This document shows positions 40,301 to 48,394 of a stretch of 48,394 nt of DNA, in pieces (positions within the stretch are counted from its first letter, which is position 1; every line of letters begins with the position of its first letter). The notes below the pieces were generated by a model, which saw only the letters and a program-made list of their open reading frames with translations, had not been told where the DNA came from and made no database searches. The stretch lies in contig JALGVI010000010.1 of the NCBI GenBank assembly GCA_029838215.1, positions 1 through 48,394 of the forward strand, read 5' to 3'. Origin of the DNA: Candidatus Helarchaeota archaeon (GTDB lineage Archaea; Asgardarchaeota; Lokiarchaeia; Helarchaeales; RDOG01). Position numbers and translations under genes: made by a program.

Positions 40301-41198
40301 TCATGATCATTTCATGAAGCTCTTTAAGGGAATTCTCCAGAATGGACAAATCAGCAACAATGATGATTTTCTAACACTACGAATAGATAAGCAAATCGAA
40401 TTTATAAACGGAATGTTCAGGAAAATAGAGGGAGAGTATCGCGAGATCTCAAGAACACCGCATAACTCGAAATTGGTTTCGGCATTCTCGGAAAGAATAA
40501 CACCTATTGAAGATGAGTTGGAAAGAATAAGAGGGCTCTTGATCGAACGTCGGGAATATTCAACCAAGATTAGACAGAATTTACTGCGATTTTCAAAACA
40601 AATTGAAAAAATCAAACCAATAGATAAAATCGTTTCGGAGCAACAGGCAGAAAAGTATCTTGCATCATTTAAGAAATTACAATTAGATATCGAGGAAATG
40701 AACGCAAAGCTTCTAATACAAGGAGACTTACTCGAGAAAAAATATTCCGAGTTCAAGAATTGCGTTTCAGATCTCTTGAGGGAATTTGGCAACCAAATCA
40801 AGTCATTACGAGAAAATGTGTTGGTTTTTGAAAAACAAGCGAAAACCCGGCTCAGGATCTCATTCGAAAAGGCATTATTTAAAGATTTGAGCAAGAAGAT
40901 TGCGGATTTCCGTGTTGAATTTAGAAAATTTCTTCAAAAATGTGAGAAAATGGTGTCCAAGCGAATGACTGATGAGATGCGTGATAGGGCATGGAATGAT
41001 CTCGAAGCAGAGATCAGGACATTTTTAGAGAATTCCCAACGAGAAATTTTAGAATTTATTGAACATGCAGAAAAAGATCGCGAGCTTAGTTTGTTTAAAC
41101 ACGAAGCCAAGGATCTATTGATTGAATGGAATCATGAAGAGATCTTGGAATCATTTGAGATTTATAAATCCGCCATGTTTAAAGTATTGGCACGTTGA
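37359..41198 (+). CDS. 1279-aa protein with prenyltransferase-like repeat, winged-helix-like segments and long coiled coils
   Basis: GGFYF...DVKMTFFALLGLYIL. WH-like segments LDIRVICKKVKCKKEDVVRIILNFLDMNLVSG and LSLEEIGKVLGINSRQVKQIL. Long heptad-rich K/E/L regions. Confidence 0.7.
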   Translation: MKEFKSYKEHWLKRIGILEISETKKQMFRALFKEHLQDTYLNRVNLSELLKKAKNVEDLFWPLIVQAEIDVLKHQSSSRIVRYFLSFRSRGGFYFKKREHPDVKMTFFALLGLYILNEQLEEDFKEQTVDFLKTFLEGKEDLLDQDTFYALGSLVLLDSFHEVDEKIFFKRFELQSSVENRVPAHLILKLFNAEQTYRKIHHFSMELLHGEEHFFWGILILMGSNILSEHEMIEVFNSYFFSILNESSTVLKKSFSFTLLKKLSMRILLGIFIFSELEEQLEISIYQEFSRHNVLTTEHLLEQYGLPEKVLMGLIDYLSQRHDWFNVKKVRSQDLARVYFKNIKKTDQRLAGQIFDQIRARKSDVLDIRVICKKVKCKKEDVVRIILNFLDMNLVSGSIKETSSGKKPRHELIIQKIPEWYLILKRKIRFEKLIEDKSTVLHVNRVIQEKMHDFSTFPTDFKESIMIMINNNELELAESKLKKNYGNYNLLLDHCVLDLEKRIKSLTYFDERDLIGWEKLRELIRTVKKALSEIARDLTGDIKKQKELNISYDELIEFVDYVNATISRMQKELDSFVILFFKTCKRHELTDQKRDEFLEKLREMEDSFKNIADDIMLKNKKFEKLTKKFENFRDLLIFDRVVDRKNLITAPQLTEKKPFEAWFKDQWDFKRHQFIKIISDLQASLYKRDQLREHVNKKRIEINSHFEAIHKLEKSEDIYQKVLRITETISDTEEFINDFIFDTSKILEIFPDVALDVPHEWSQYKKSVQKDLKKIKATIEKSILNEKLKLKKNELETIINKWLKEFRSRIEQFSELERIDWLYSSTNFQKSFESKLESLRKEIRQKNEQINKNIREMERKFPSFVSSSVVAFQNWRRFYKVLENTNRQKRTQLLEKIISNLIERMTDLEEKGGRLSLEEIGKVLGINSRQVKQILEVLEDKQRLKILYLKTDRFVVLNDDMKKQLELEELISTVENEVLRNHDHFMKLFKGILQNGQISNNDDFLTLRIDKQIEFINGMFRKIEGEYREISRTPHNSKLVSAFSERITPIEDELERIRGLLIERREYSTKIRQNLLRFSKQIEKIKPIDKIVSEQQAEKYLASFKKLQLDIEEMNAKLLIQGDLLEKKYSEFKNCVSDLLREFGNQIKSLRENVLVFEKQAKTRLRISFEKALFKDLSKKIADFRVEFRKFLQKCEKMVSKRMTDEMRDRAWNDLEAEIRTFLENSQREILEFIEHAEKDRELSLFKHEAKDLLIEWNHEEILESFEIYKSAMFKVLAR

Positions 41199-41276
41199 AC
41201 GGATACTTCACGTTATTATTCGAACATTGATAAAAAAGGAATTTGCGACTTGAACTTGCGTGCAATCTTTCAGTTT

Positions 41277-41753
41277 TTATCGGGATGTTCCATCAATTAT
41301 TCGAGAGAAACCTTTCTTTTTGGCTTCGGCCACCATTTCATGAATCATTTTTTCAGGAACTTCAACAAGCTTGACATTCGTGTACTTGAGGACTTCATAA
41401 GGAGTGATCGTTTCGATTTCCGCCCGAAAAATGATCTTGGTTTCAAATCTCAGAATGACCAGTTCGGTGTTGAATACCTGCAGGACCTTGCAATCGCCCA
41501 CGCAAAATTTGTGGAAATTGAAGTAGCCAATTTGATATGTGGAAATTGTCCGGTCTTTTGATTGAGTAAAAATCACGTGAGGTTTATCAACGGAGATTCG
41601 AGAATTTATAAAAGCAAGATTAAGGTCAGGATTATCAAACTCCTGCACGTATTTAAAGAACTCTGAGAAGATTTTTGGAATTGCATACCAATAAATCTGG
41701 TTCTTAATGATTTTCTGAGCGAATTCTATCGTTGGATCAATAGAATATTTCAT
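41277..41753 (-). CDS. Hypothetical protein
   Basis: 158-aa ORF with SD GAGGT before the ATG. Confidence 0.7.
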   Translation of the reverse strand: MKYSIDPTIEFAQKIIKNQIYWYAIPKIFSEFFKYVQEFDNPDLNLAFINSRISVDKPHVIFTQSKDRTISTYQIGYFNFHKFCVGDCKVLQVFNTELVILRFETKIIFRAEIETITPYEVLKYTNVKLVEVPEKMIHEMVAEAKKKGFSRIIDGTSR

Positions 41754-43002
41754 TTAGTAACCTCATCTTTGCGTGCAGGATGATTTTTTTAGAGATTTCT
41801 TTACCTGATTTAAAATTTACATGAAATCTCGATAAAGAAAAGCGAATTGCTTCAAAAAAATTTTTCCTTTTAGAGTTTAGAAGAGAATTTTTGAATGAGA
41901 AGATATGCAAGGATTTAACGGGTTTTGGCAAGGAAATAGTGAAGAGGGAGGGAATAATTTAATCCTAAGGGAGAAATTCAAAAGTAGGTCCTACCAAAAC
42001 CTTTCGTTTCAATGCATTAATGATCCTCTTCATTCAATAGTCAGAAACTCCAAGTCCGTATTACGGCGAAATATCACTCCAAGTTCATAAATGAGATATT
42101 GAAATAAAAATCATTCCGTTTTTCCAATTCTTAATATCATTTTTAAAAAAAACAATATAAATTCCCTTTTTTTGAAGAAACGGACAAATATTAGAAACAG
42201 AAGTTTAGAGCTTATACCTGCAATAGAACCATCCATGGGATTTTAATGAATCCTGTCAAGTGAGGAGGGAGGGGATTTGAGGGGATTTAATAAAAGGGGA
42301 GGTATTCTTTTAAAACAAGTAAAGACAGGATTTTTCATCACCCCTTGGAATGGTTCTTCTTTGCAGGGATCTATCATTTCCTTGTTTTCATGAAAGTTTT
42401 TTTACTTACTTCTTTTTCACTGCCTCCAAGCGTTCCAATGCGTTGAAATCATTGGTGTTCTGGAAACCGCCTCCAAAGCTTATGAGATATTTTTCGGGTT
42501 GGAATAAAAACCTTCCCATATTACTGTCTTGCGACAGGTCGTGAATAATTCACGCCTTCACGAAATACTATGGACAACTTACAAGTATTTCTATTGATCG
42601 TTACCAATCTACTACATTAATGGAATTGTGAGTATTTATTTTTTCCGTAAAAGAAATGGGAAATTTGTAGATGGCTATATACATTTGTATATAATGATTG
42701 GAGCTTCTAGTGTCGTAAATAAAAGCTATGTTTAGGGGAAATTTATCGTAAATGATTAATGGCGAGATAGCTTTCCTGTTTCATACCAAGCAGACAGTGT
42801 TACATTCAAGGATTTCACGTCTTTTTTAGCTTTAATGGCCTCATGGTTTTCATTTCTTGAATGATCCCCTTTATCCCACCCTCAATCCGTTTATCTACTA
42901 ATCTATCGTCTTTTTTACATCCACTAGGACAACAAACAGGAATTGATAGATCTTCTCCTTTATCTTTAATTTCGTGGTTCTCCCCACATCTCATTCAGTT
43001 TC

Positions 43003-44265
43003 TCATTTTATTTTCTTCAGGCGCAATATACAAATGCCGTGAGTAATTTCCCAATCCGTGGTTTTAAAGCCAATTTTCTGAGTTATGACATCGAATAGAG
43101 CGGCAGTACCTTGCATCACGCTCTTTGGTATGCTAATGCCATAGATTTTAAATTCAAAATCATATTCTTCATCATGGAGTTGAACTAATTCAACTCGAGC
43201 GTCTTTTTTTTCATCTTGAAGGAAAGAAATGCGTGTCAGATCTGTAAGCGTCCTGAGATCGAGATTTTTCCTCCTGTTCTTCAGGTAATCTGCAGCCCAC
43301 GTGCCAAATTCCCGCCATTTTTGTTCCCAATCGAGATTTCTCACACCATACTTCGATGCAGCATACCAAATTGGAGCGGGGAAAAAGAGTATATCCAATT
43401 CGGAGACCAATTTAAATCCTTCGTACTCTCGCATAATGGTCTTCAATGGCAGTTTGAGTTTATCAGCAAATATTGCGCTTTGCATGACGTTCGTATTGAG
43501 ATAACTATAAAGTGTAACACCATATTTTTTTGTTATTCCTACAAGTTTTTCCATTAGGTCTTTAGAGACGGCAAGGATCTTTCGTTCCTGAGCAGTTTTC
43601 TTGCGGGGTATTTTTTTTCGTTTGTATAGAATGCGCTCGCTGACTTTTTTTTGGAGTTTTTCATCTAAATTTAGCCGTAGGTCCAGATCTAGAAGTTTAT
43701 CATTAATGATTCTTTTTTCTTCTTTAAATCCAAAAACCTCAAACACGCCATTTATGAAGTACGAGAAACAATCCAGATAATTTCGCTTTATTTCATCGTT
43801 TTTTGAAAATATTTTTACAGAGTGAGTGATTTCTCGGGGATCACCTTGTTGAATCGGCGTGATTTCGACATCTATTATCTTTGAGAAAAGCACCTTGAGA
43901 GAATTTCCCAAGAACGTGAATATTTCATTGAAATTACTAAACTTCATCCTTGCGTAGCTCGCATACCATATTCCAAACTCGTGGAATTTTGAACGAGCTC
44001 CTTTAATGTCAACGTTCACGTATTCGTCTAGTGCTGACATGAATAAACTGAAAGGGACAAGAACGCAATTAGTTTCGATGGCATATTGGTAATATTGAAA
44101 TTCATCAAGAATATCATATAAGGATTTTCCCAGTTCTTCTGCTCGAATTGCTTGCTTGACGACAGAGTTTAAATAGGCGTAGACGGTCTTACCTTTTTGT
44201 TTTGCAATATCAAGTAACTGCTCAGCAAGAATTCTATCAACTGCAACGGTTTTTCGTTCAGATAT
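43003..44265 (-). CDS. Tandem RHH + V4R-like regulator, paralog C (proposed ATA start)
   Basis: The frame stays open 75 codons upstream of the track start (44040), back to ATA-TCT-GAA-CGA-AAA (ISERKTVAVDR). A TAA lies immediately before. Internal duplication ERKILAVSKDL. Confidence 0.8.
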   Translation of the reverse strand: MSERKTVAVDRILAEQLLDIAKQKGKTVYAYLNSVVKQAIRAEELGKSLYDILDEFQYYQYAIETNCVLVPFSLFMSALDEYVNVDIKGARSKFHEFGIWYASYARMKFSNFNEIFTFLGNSLKVLFSKIIDVEITPIQQGDPREITHSVKIFSKNDEIKRNYLDCFSYFINGVFEVFGFKEEKRIINDKLLDLDLRLNLDEKLQKKVSERILYKRKKIPRKKTAQERKILAVSKDLMEKLVGITKKYGVTLYSYLNTNVMQSAIFADKLKLPLKTIMREYEGFKLVSELDILFFPAPIWYAASKYGVRNLDWEQKWREFGTWAADYLKNRRKNLDLRTLTDLTRISFLQDEKKDARVELVQLHDEEYDFEFKIYGISIPKSVMQGTAALFDVITQKIGFKTTDWEITHGICILRLKKIK

Positions 44266-44270
44266 TTAAG

Positions 44271-44280
44271 TCACACACCT
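44271..44280 (-). promoter_or_regulatory. SD-like motif for paralog C
   Basis: AGGTGTGTGA ending 5 nt before the ATA. Confidence 0.5.
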
Positions 44281-44402
44281 ACAGCACGTCTCAGATGAAA
44301 TCCTTTTTTTTAGCTTCACAATATTTTGTCTCAAATTCCATTCCCGTTTTGTCTATACAAAGTAATGCTTTTTAATGTTTGTGAGCGGGAAGTGCAAAGT
44401 TT

Positions 44403-45674
44403 TCACGATTTTTTCAAATTCAAAACACAAATTCCAAACGAGACATTTTTTCCAGCAGTACGATACCCCAGTTCTTCACAAAGACCTTCATAATAAGTAG
44501 CAATCCCCAACATTAAACTTTCAGGTAGTGTTCTTCCATAGAGCTTTAAAGTTAAATCATAGTCTTTATTGGAAATTTTCTCTAAATCAACTTTCATCTC
44601 AATTCTTGAGTGAGGGTGAAATGTAATTCGAGCCAGTGTGAGAAGACGCGAAAAATCCATTTCTTTAAAACGAATTTTCAAGAATTGGCCCGTCCACGTT
44701 CCCGTTTCGTGCCATTTATTTTCCCAAGCGGGATCCTTGCTAGCGAATTCTGCCAGAAAGAAAGCTATGGATGCAGGAACAAAAATCATGTCGATTTCGT
44801 TTAGAATTCGGAAACCCTCATGTTCTTCAAGTATTGTTCTCAAAGGAATGCCGTAGCTCTCTGCGAGAATTGTACTTTGCAAGACATTTTCATTAAAATA
44901 TTTGAAGAGCGTCACGTGTCTTTTTTTTGCGATATCATTCAATTTTTCAGCCAGATCTTTTGAAACTGCAAATATCTTTCGCTCGCCAGAACTCTCCGTT
45001 GCATATTCTTTTATCATTTTTGACATGTTACTTTCTTGCAGATTAGCTTTTTTTTGCGTGTTTAAGGAACGTGATACGGTAATCGTGATTATATTCTCTG
45101 AAATGGATTTTTCTTCTTCGGCAAATTCATAAGTCTCAAAAAATCCTTGAAAAAAATAGTAGTAGCATAGAAGAAAGTCGCTTTGCATCTCGGGATTTTT
45201 GGAATGCAATTGTGCTTGATATGTTATTTCACCGTCATTCTTCAGTGCTTCATTCTTGCGGATTCTGCTCATCTTTAATGTAATAATTTTTGAGTTAGCG
45301 ATGTTGAAAAAAGTGGTTTCAAATTTTTCCATCTCTTCAATGCTGTGATATTTAATTTTCGTGAATTCTGCATACCATATTCCGAAATTTCGCCATTCTA
45401 TGAAGACTCTTTCTCGATCGTTTTGTAGGTTTACACGAAGCCCATAAATAAAAATTGAGAGGGGTACCAAAATGAAGTTACTTTTAAAAGCGTGAAGATA
45501 ATATTGATAGATGTTTACTTGATCATATAGTGGCGCGTTTAGATTTTCGGCTTTTATGGCATACTTTATTAATGAATTAATATAAGAATAGAGGGTTTTT
45601 CCTTTTTTCCTTGCAATTTCCATTATTCTTTCTGCGAGTTCTTTGTCAACAGCAACAGTTTTCCTTTCAGAAAT
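44403..45674 (-). CDS. Tandem RHH + V4R-like regulator, paralog B (proposed ATT start)
   Basis: The frame extends 17 codons upstream of the track start to ATT-TCT-GAA-AGG-AAA (ISERKTVAVDK). An in-frame TAG lies three codons earlier. Internal copy ERKIFAVSKDL. Confidence 0.8.
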   Translation of the reverse strand: MSERKTVAVDKELAERIMEIARKKGKTLYSYINSLIKYAIKAENLNAPLYDQVNIYQYYLHAFKSNFILVPLSIFIYGLRVNLQNDRERVFIEWRNFGIWYAEFTKIKYHSIEEMEKFETTFFNIANSKIITLKMSRIRKNEALKNDGEITYQAQLHSKNPEMQSDFLLCYYYFFQGFFETYEFAEEEKSISENIITITVSRSLNTQKKANLQESNMSKMIKEYATESSGERKIFAVSKDLAEKLNDIAKKRHVTLFKYFNENVLQSTILAESYGIPLRTILEEHEGFRILNEIDMIFVPASIAFFLAEFASKDPAWENKWHETGTWTGQFLKIRFKEMDFSRLLTLARITFHPHSRIEMKVDLEKISNKDYDLTLKLYGRTLPESLMLGIATYYEGLCEELGYRTAGKNVSFGICVLNLKKS

Positions 45675-45682
45675 CCACCTCT

Positions 45683-45688
45683 ACCTCC
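45683..45688 (-). promoter_or_regulatory. Strong SD for paralog B
   Basis: GGAGGT with an 8-nt spacer to the ATT. Confidence 0.7.
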
Positions 45689-45831
45689 TTATCGGCATGA
45701 ATTTTACTCGAAATCATGGAGTTTTTTACCAATTCGTGAAATTAATACTATTTAAACATTGAAATTCCTCAAGAATACCTCTTTTTTGATTTAGGACTTC
45801 TTTAAATATAAATTTTTAAGTAACCAAAAAA

Positions 45832-46782
45832 TCATTCGATAAACTGCTTTGCCAAATTTTTTAGTATTTCTTGACCGTGTACTTCCTTGCTAAGGGCAGG
45901 GACTTCTATTGGGGTAAACTGGGAGAACTTTTCCTTGATTATCTGAAGATTTTTACTTTGTTCTTGAAATTTTATCTTGCAAAACTCGCAATCTGATGGA
46001 GGTGGTAAGATTCTATTTATGATTAGTCCTCCGATGGTGATGTCCATTTTTTGTAATTGGCTAATCATTCGGTCCGTTTCGAGGATGCTCAGGAGTTCGG
46101 GAATGCAAACAACAAAGAATCGTGTCGTGGATTGATCTTGTAAGAGAGTTTTCGTACGTATGGCCCAGTCTTCGATGAGAGCAAGAAATTCATTTATATC
46201 GGGATTTTCATTTTCCTGACTTCGTCGAAAAACTTTCGTAAAGCTGCCAAAAATGTTTCCAATTTTATTTTTCAACCGAATCAAACGAATGCTGGTTCGT
46301 TTCATGTATTCAGGTAGGTCCAAGAGATTCAACGTGTGACCGGTTGGAGCCGTGTCAATGATGACCAGGGCATATTGCTTTCCCTGTTTGCCACCAACCA
46401 GAGTTCGATTGATATCTAAAATGCTGAATCCTTCATTCATTCCCGGAAAAAGTTCGGCAGAATCTCCAAGAATGAGTTTATATTCAGGGAATTTATCGAG
46501 GTACGCCTGATAATCCTTTGCAACATCTTTTGTATTTATTTCAATGGCATCTAAATGATCATTGATGTATTTCGGCTCACCCCCAGTTAGGTTCTTGGCG
46601 AAAATATCGCTTAATGAATGTGCTGGATCGGATGACATTATTAGCGTCGGAATGGAGTGCGTGGAAGCCCATAAAGCGGTGGCAGAAGCCAGGCTGGTTT
46701 TTCCTACACCGCCTTTTCCTCCAAATAGAAGTAAATGTTTTTTTTCGAGAGAGCTTTCAAGAATAAGATCGGCTAAGGACAT
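45832..46782 (-). CDS. Single-domain ArsA/Get3 (TRC40)-family ATPase
   Basis: GGKGGVGKT, SDPAHSLSD, DTAPTGHT and a C-terminal CEFC (Get3-type CxxC). Confidence 0.9.
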   Translation of the reverse strand: MSLADLILESSLEKKHLLLFGGKGGVGKTSLASATALWASTHSIPTLIMSSDPAHSLSDIFAKNLTGGEPKYINDHLDAIEINTKDVAKDYQAYLDKFPEYKLILGDSAELFPGMNEGFSILDINRTLVGGKQGKQYALVIIDTAPTGHTLNLLDLPEYMKRTSIRLIRLKNKIGNIFGSFTKVFRRSQENENPDINEFLALIEDWAIRTKTLLQDQSTTRFFVVCIPELLSILETDRMISQLQKMDITIGGLIINRILPPPSDCEFCKIKFQEQSKNLQIIKEKFSQFTPIEVPALSKEVHGQEILKNLAKQFIE

Positions 46783-46836
46783 GCTAAAAACCTGTTAAAC
46801 TTGTCACTAATTTAGACGAATAGAACTCAGTTTTAT

Positions 46837-48123
46837 TTAGTTTTGGTCATGCTTTTCTTGTAGATGCAAGACGCAAATTCCATAGCTGTTCTTTTTACTT
46901 AGAGTTTTATAGCCGATTACTTCAAAGATTCCTTCAAAAAATGCGCCAAAACCTGCTGTTAAATCTTCGGACAACGTGGTCCCATAAATCCGCAGCTCAT
47001 AGTTGTGCATTTCGGAAGGAGTAGACACGATTTCAAGATTCATTTCGTTACTTGACCCTCGATAGAAAATCATTTGAAATATATTGACTAATTGAGAGAG
47101 ATCGGGATTTTTCAATCTTGCGACCAGTAGTTTTCCTGATGAAATACCCCTTTTTTTCCAAGTATTTTCCCAAGTTGGTTTTTTTGCGGCGAGTTTCGTT
47201 ATTGAGAAAAATATTGGAGCAGGAACGAAAGCAAAACCCATTCCCCTTAGAGTTTGAAATCCTTGATACTCTTTAAGAATCGTTCCTAATGGAACGTCAT
47301 ATTGTTCTGCTAGAAGAGCACTCTGCAATATATTTTCATTAAAAAAACGAAATAGAGTCATTCTTTGTTCTTTGATAAGTGGTAAAATTTTTTCTTCCAA
47401 ATCTTTTGAAACGGCAAGTATTTTTCGTTCGTATGGGTCTTTTTTCGTCCGGGATCTTTTCTTTTTTTGTAAATATTCTTGTTGTATTTCCTGATAATCG
47501 TTCATGTCAATGTGCCGGGATATTTCAAACGTTATTACAGAATTCTTGATCTCTTTCCTATCTTCTTTAAATCCATGCATTTCAAAAAATCCTCGGAAGA
47601 AATGATAATAACAAATGAGAATATCTTTTGAAATTAAATTAGAATGAGGGTAAATTATAATGGAAAGCGAGGATTTTAGAGAATTTTTCTGCTTTTTATT
47701 ATTTAAGATAGTGGCTCGCACGCTGATATTGAGAACTTTAGAAAAAATCACGTCAAAAAAGAAGCCGACAAAGTTTTCCATCTTCAGGATGTTTTTGTAT
47801 TTCATTTTTGTTAAATTTGCATACCATTTACCGAAGGAATGGAATTCTTGAAGAATACCGTCGTGATCAGCAGCTAAATTAATTTTTAAAGCGTGAATGA
47901 ATATTTCAAAGGGAATTAATATGAAGTTGTTTTGAAACGCATACATGTAATATTGATATTCATTAACTATATCCCGTAGATTCACACCCAGTTCTCTCGC
48001 CTTAACAGCATATTCCATCACGTTATTTACATATGAATAAATTGTCCGTCCTTTCTTTTTTAATATCATGATGAGCTGATCGGCAAGATCCTTGTTCACA
48101 GCAACAGTTTTTCTCTCGGGAAT
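46837..48123 (-). CDS. Tandem RHH + V4R-like regulator, paralog A (proposed ATT start)
   Basis: The frame extends 8 codons upstream of the track GTG to ATT-CCC-GAG-AGA-AAA (IPERKTVAVNK). A TAA lies immediately before. Internal copy ERKILAVSKDL. Confidence 0.8.
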   Translation of the reverse strand: MPERKTVAVNKDLADQLIMILKKKGRTIYSYVNNVMEYAVKARELGVNLRDIVNEYQYYMYAFQNNFILIPFEIFIHALKINLAADHDGILQEFHSFGKWYANLTKMKYKNILKMENFVGFFFDVIFSKVLNISVRATILNNKKQKNSLKSSLSIIIYPHSNLISKDILICYYHFFRGFFEMHGFKEDRKEIKNSVITFEISRHIDMNDYQEIQQEYLQKKKRSRTKKDPYERKILAVSKDLEEKILPLIKEQRMTLFRFFNENILQSALLAEQYDVPLGTILKEYQGFQTLRGMGFAFVPAPIFFSITKLAAKKPTWENTWKKRGISSGKLLVARLKNPDLSQLVNIFQMIFYRGSSNEMNLEIVSTPSEMHNYELRIYGTTLSEDLTAGFGAFFEGIFEVIGYKTLSKKNSYGICVLHLQEKHDQN

Positions 48124-48125
48124 TT

Positions 48126-48137
48126 ACCTCAACCACC
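48126..48137 (-). promoter_or_regulatory. SD-like motif for paralog A
   Basis: GGTGGTTGAGGT just upstream of TAA-ATT. Confidence 0.55.
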
Positions 48138-48352
48138 AAAAATACCGCACCGGTTATTTGAATTATGGAATTTTTTCATCCTCTCATTCCGATTTTTCTT
48201 TTTATTGAAACTCAATTAGTTTGCCAAAAGTCAATTCGCATCTAACGTTTTCTGTCATTTTTATTATTAGTATTTTCATTGAGAATTTTTCAATTCCTTT
48301 GATTTTAGGAACTAGCCAACACCACCTTTAAACTTTTCGACATAAATTGATC

Positions 48353-48394
48353 TGCTAGAGAGGGAAGCAGGCTCCCGCCCAAGGGCAGCCGGTG
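48353..48394 (+). ncRNA. Possible 5' end of a structured RNA (RNase P RNA candidate), truncated by the window
   Basis: Abrupt GC-rich self-complementary stretch after a TTTAAA box (48327-48332). GCCCAAGGGCAGCCG resembles archaeal RNase P RNA 5' segments as I recall them. Confidence 0.3.

Noticed and set aside
40307-40894. 195-aa minus-strand ORF
   Set aside because: Ser/Phe/Leu-rich antisense shadow of the coiled-coil gene.
33260-41198. Rab prenylation system (Rab genes plus prenyltransferase-like repeat)
   Set aside because: Neither GTPase has a C-terminal cysteine, and only one clear repeat is visible.
42430-42520. 37-aa minus-strand ORF (MGRFLFQP...)
   Set aside because: Short, no recognisable SD, and stops upstream; unsupported.
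43003-48123. Interpreting the three regulators as pseudogenes that lost their start codons
   Set aside because: The frames are intact over about 420 codons, SD-like motifs are retained, and the same position is affected in three diverged copies. Independent decay is less parsimonious, though not excluded.
48204-48294. Two ATTGA...TCAAT inverted repeats upstream of paralog A
   Set aside because: Different spacers (3 and 7 nt), not found upstream of the other paralogs, and expected by chance in AT-rich DNA.
1-48394. CRISPR arrays, tRNAs, rRNAs, transposases or integrases
   Set aside because: No regularly spaced repeats, T-loop/cloverleaf patterns, or DDE/tyrosine-recombinase motifs were recognised.

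Overview
Gene-dense, AT-rich archaeal DNA, most likely from an Asgard archaeon. This is inferred from four longin-like domains, three small GTPases, a Get3/ArsA ATPase, a tetraether lipid synthase and archaeal-type SD motifs. From left to right the window holds: a longin-GTPase fusion cut by the window edge; a membrane-anchored S8 protease; a lipid/acyl-metabolism block (AttH/tocopherol-cyclase-like protein, acyl-CoA dehydrogenase, GNAT, deacetylase, two CrtI-family oxidoreductases, a 2-hydroxyacyl-CoA dehydratase pair, tes); a compact hdrA-mvhD/hdrC/hdrB/metV/metF operon; several hypothetical genes with an NTase + DEDDh exonuclease pair; a Rab-longin-Rab cluster followed by an orphan N6-adenine methyltransferase and a 1279-aa coiled-coil protein; a 1.25-kb gene-free gap; and three paralogous tandem RHH/V4R-like regulators around a Get3-like ATPase. 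The most striking observation is that all three regulator paralogs lack an ATG/GTG/TTG in front of their conserved N-terminal DNA-binding strand. They appear to start at ATT, ATT and ATA, each just after an in-frame stop and downstream of an SD-like motif. No CRISPR array, tRNA, rRNA or intact transposase was seen. All family assignments come from motif recognition by eye; no database search was run.
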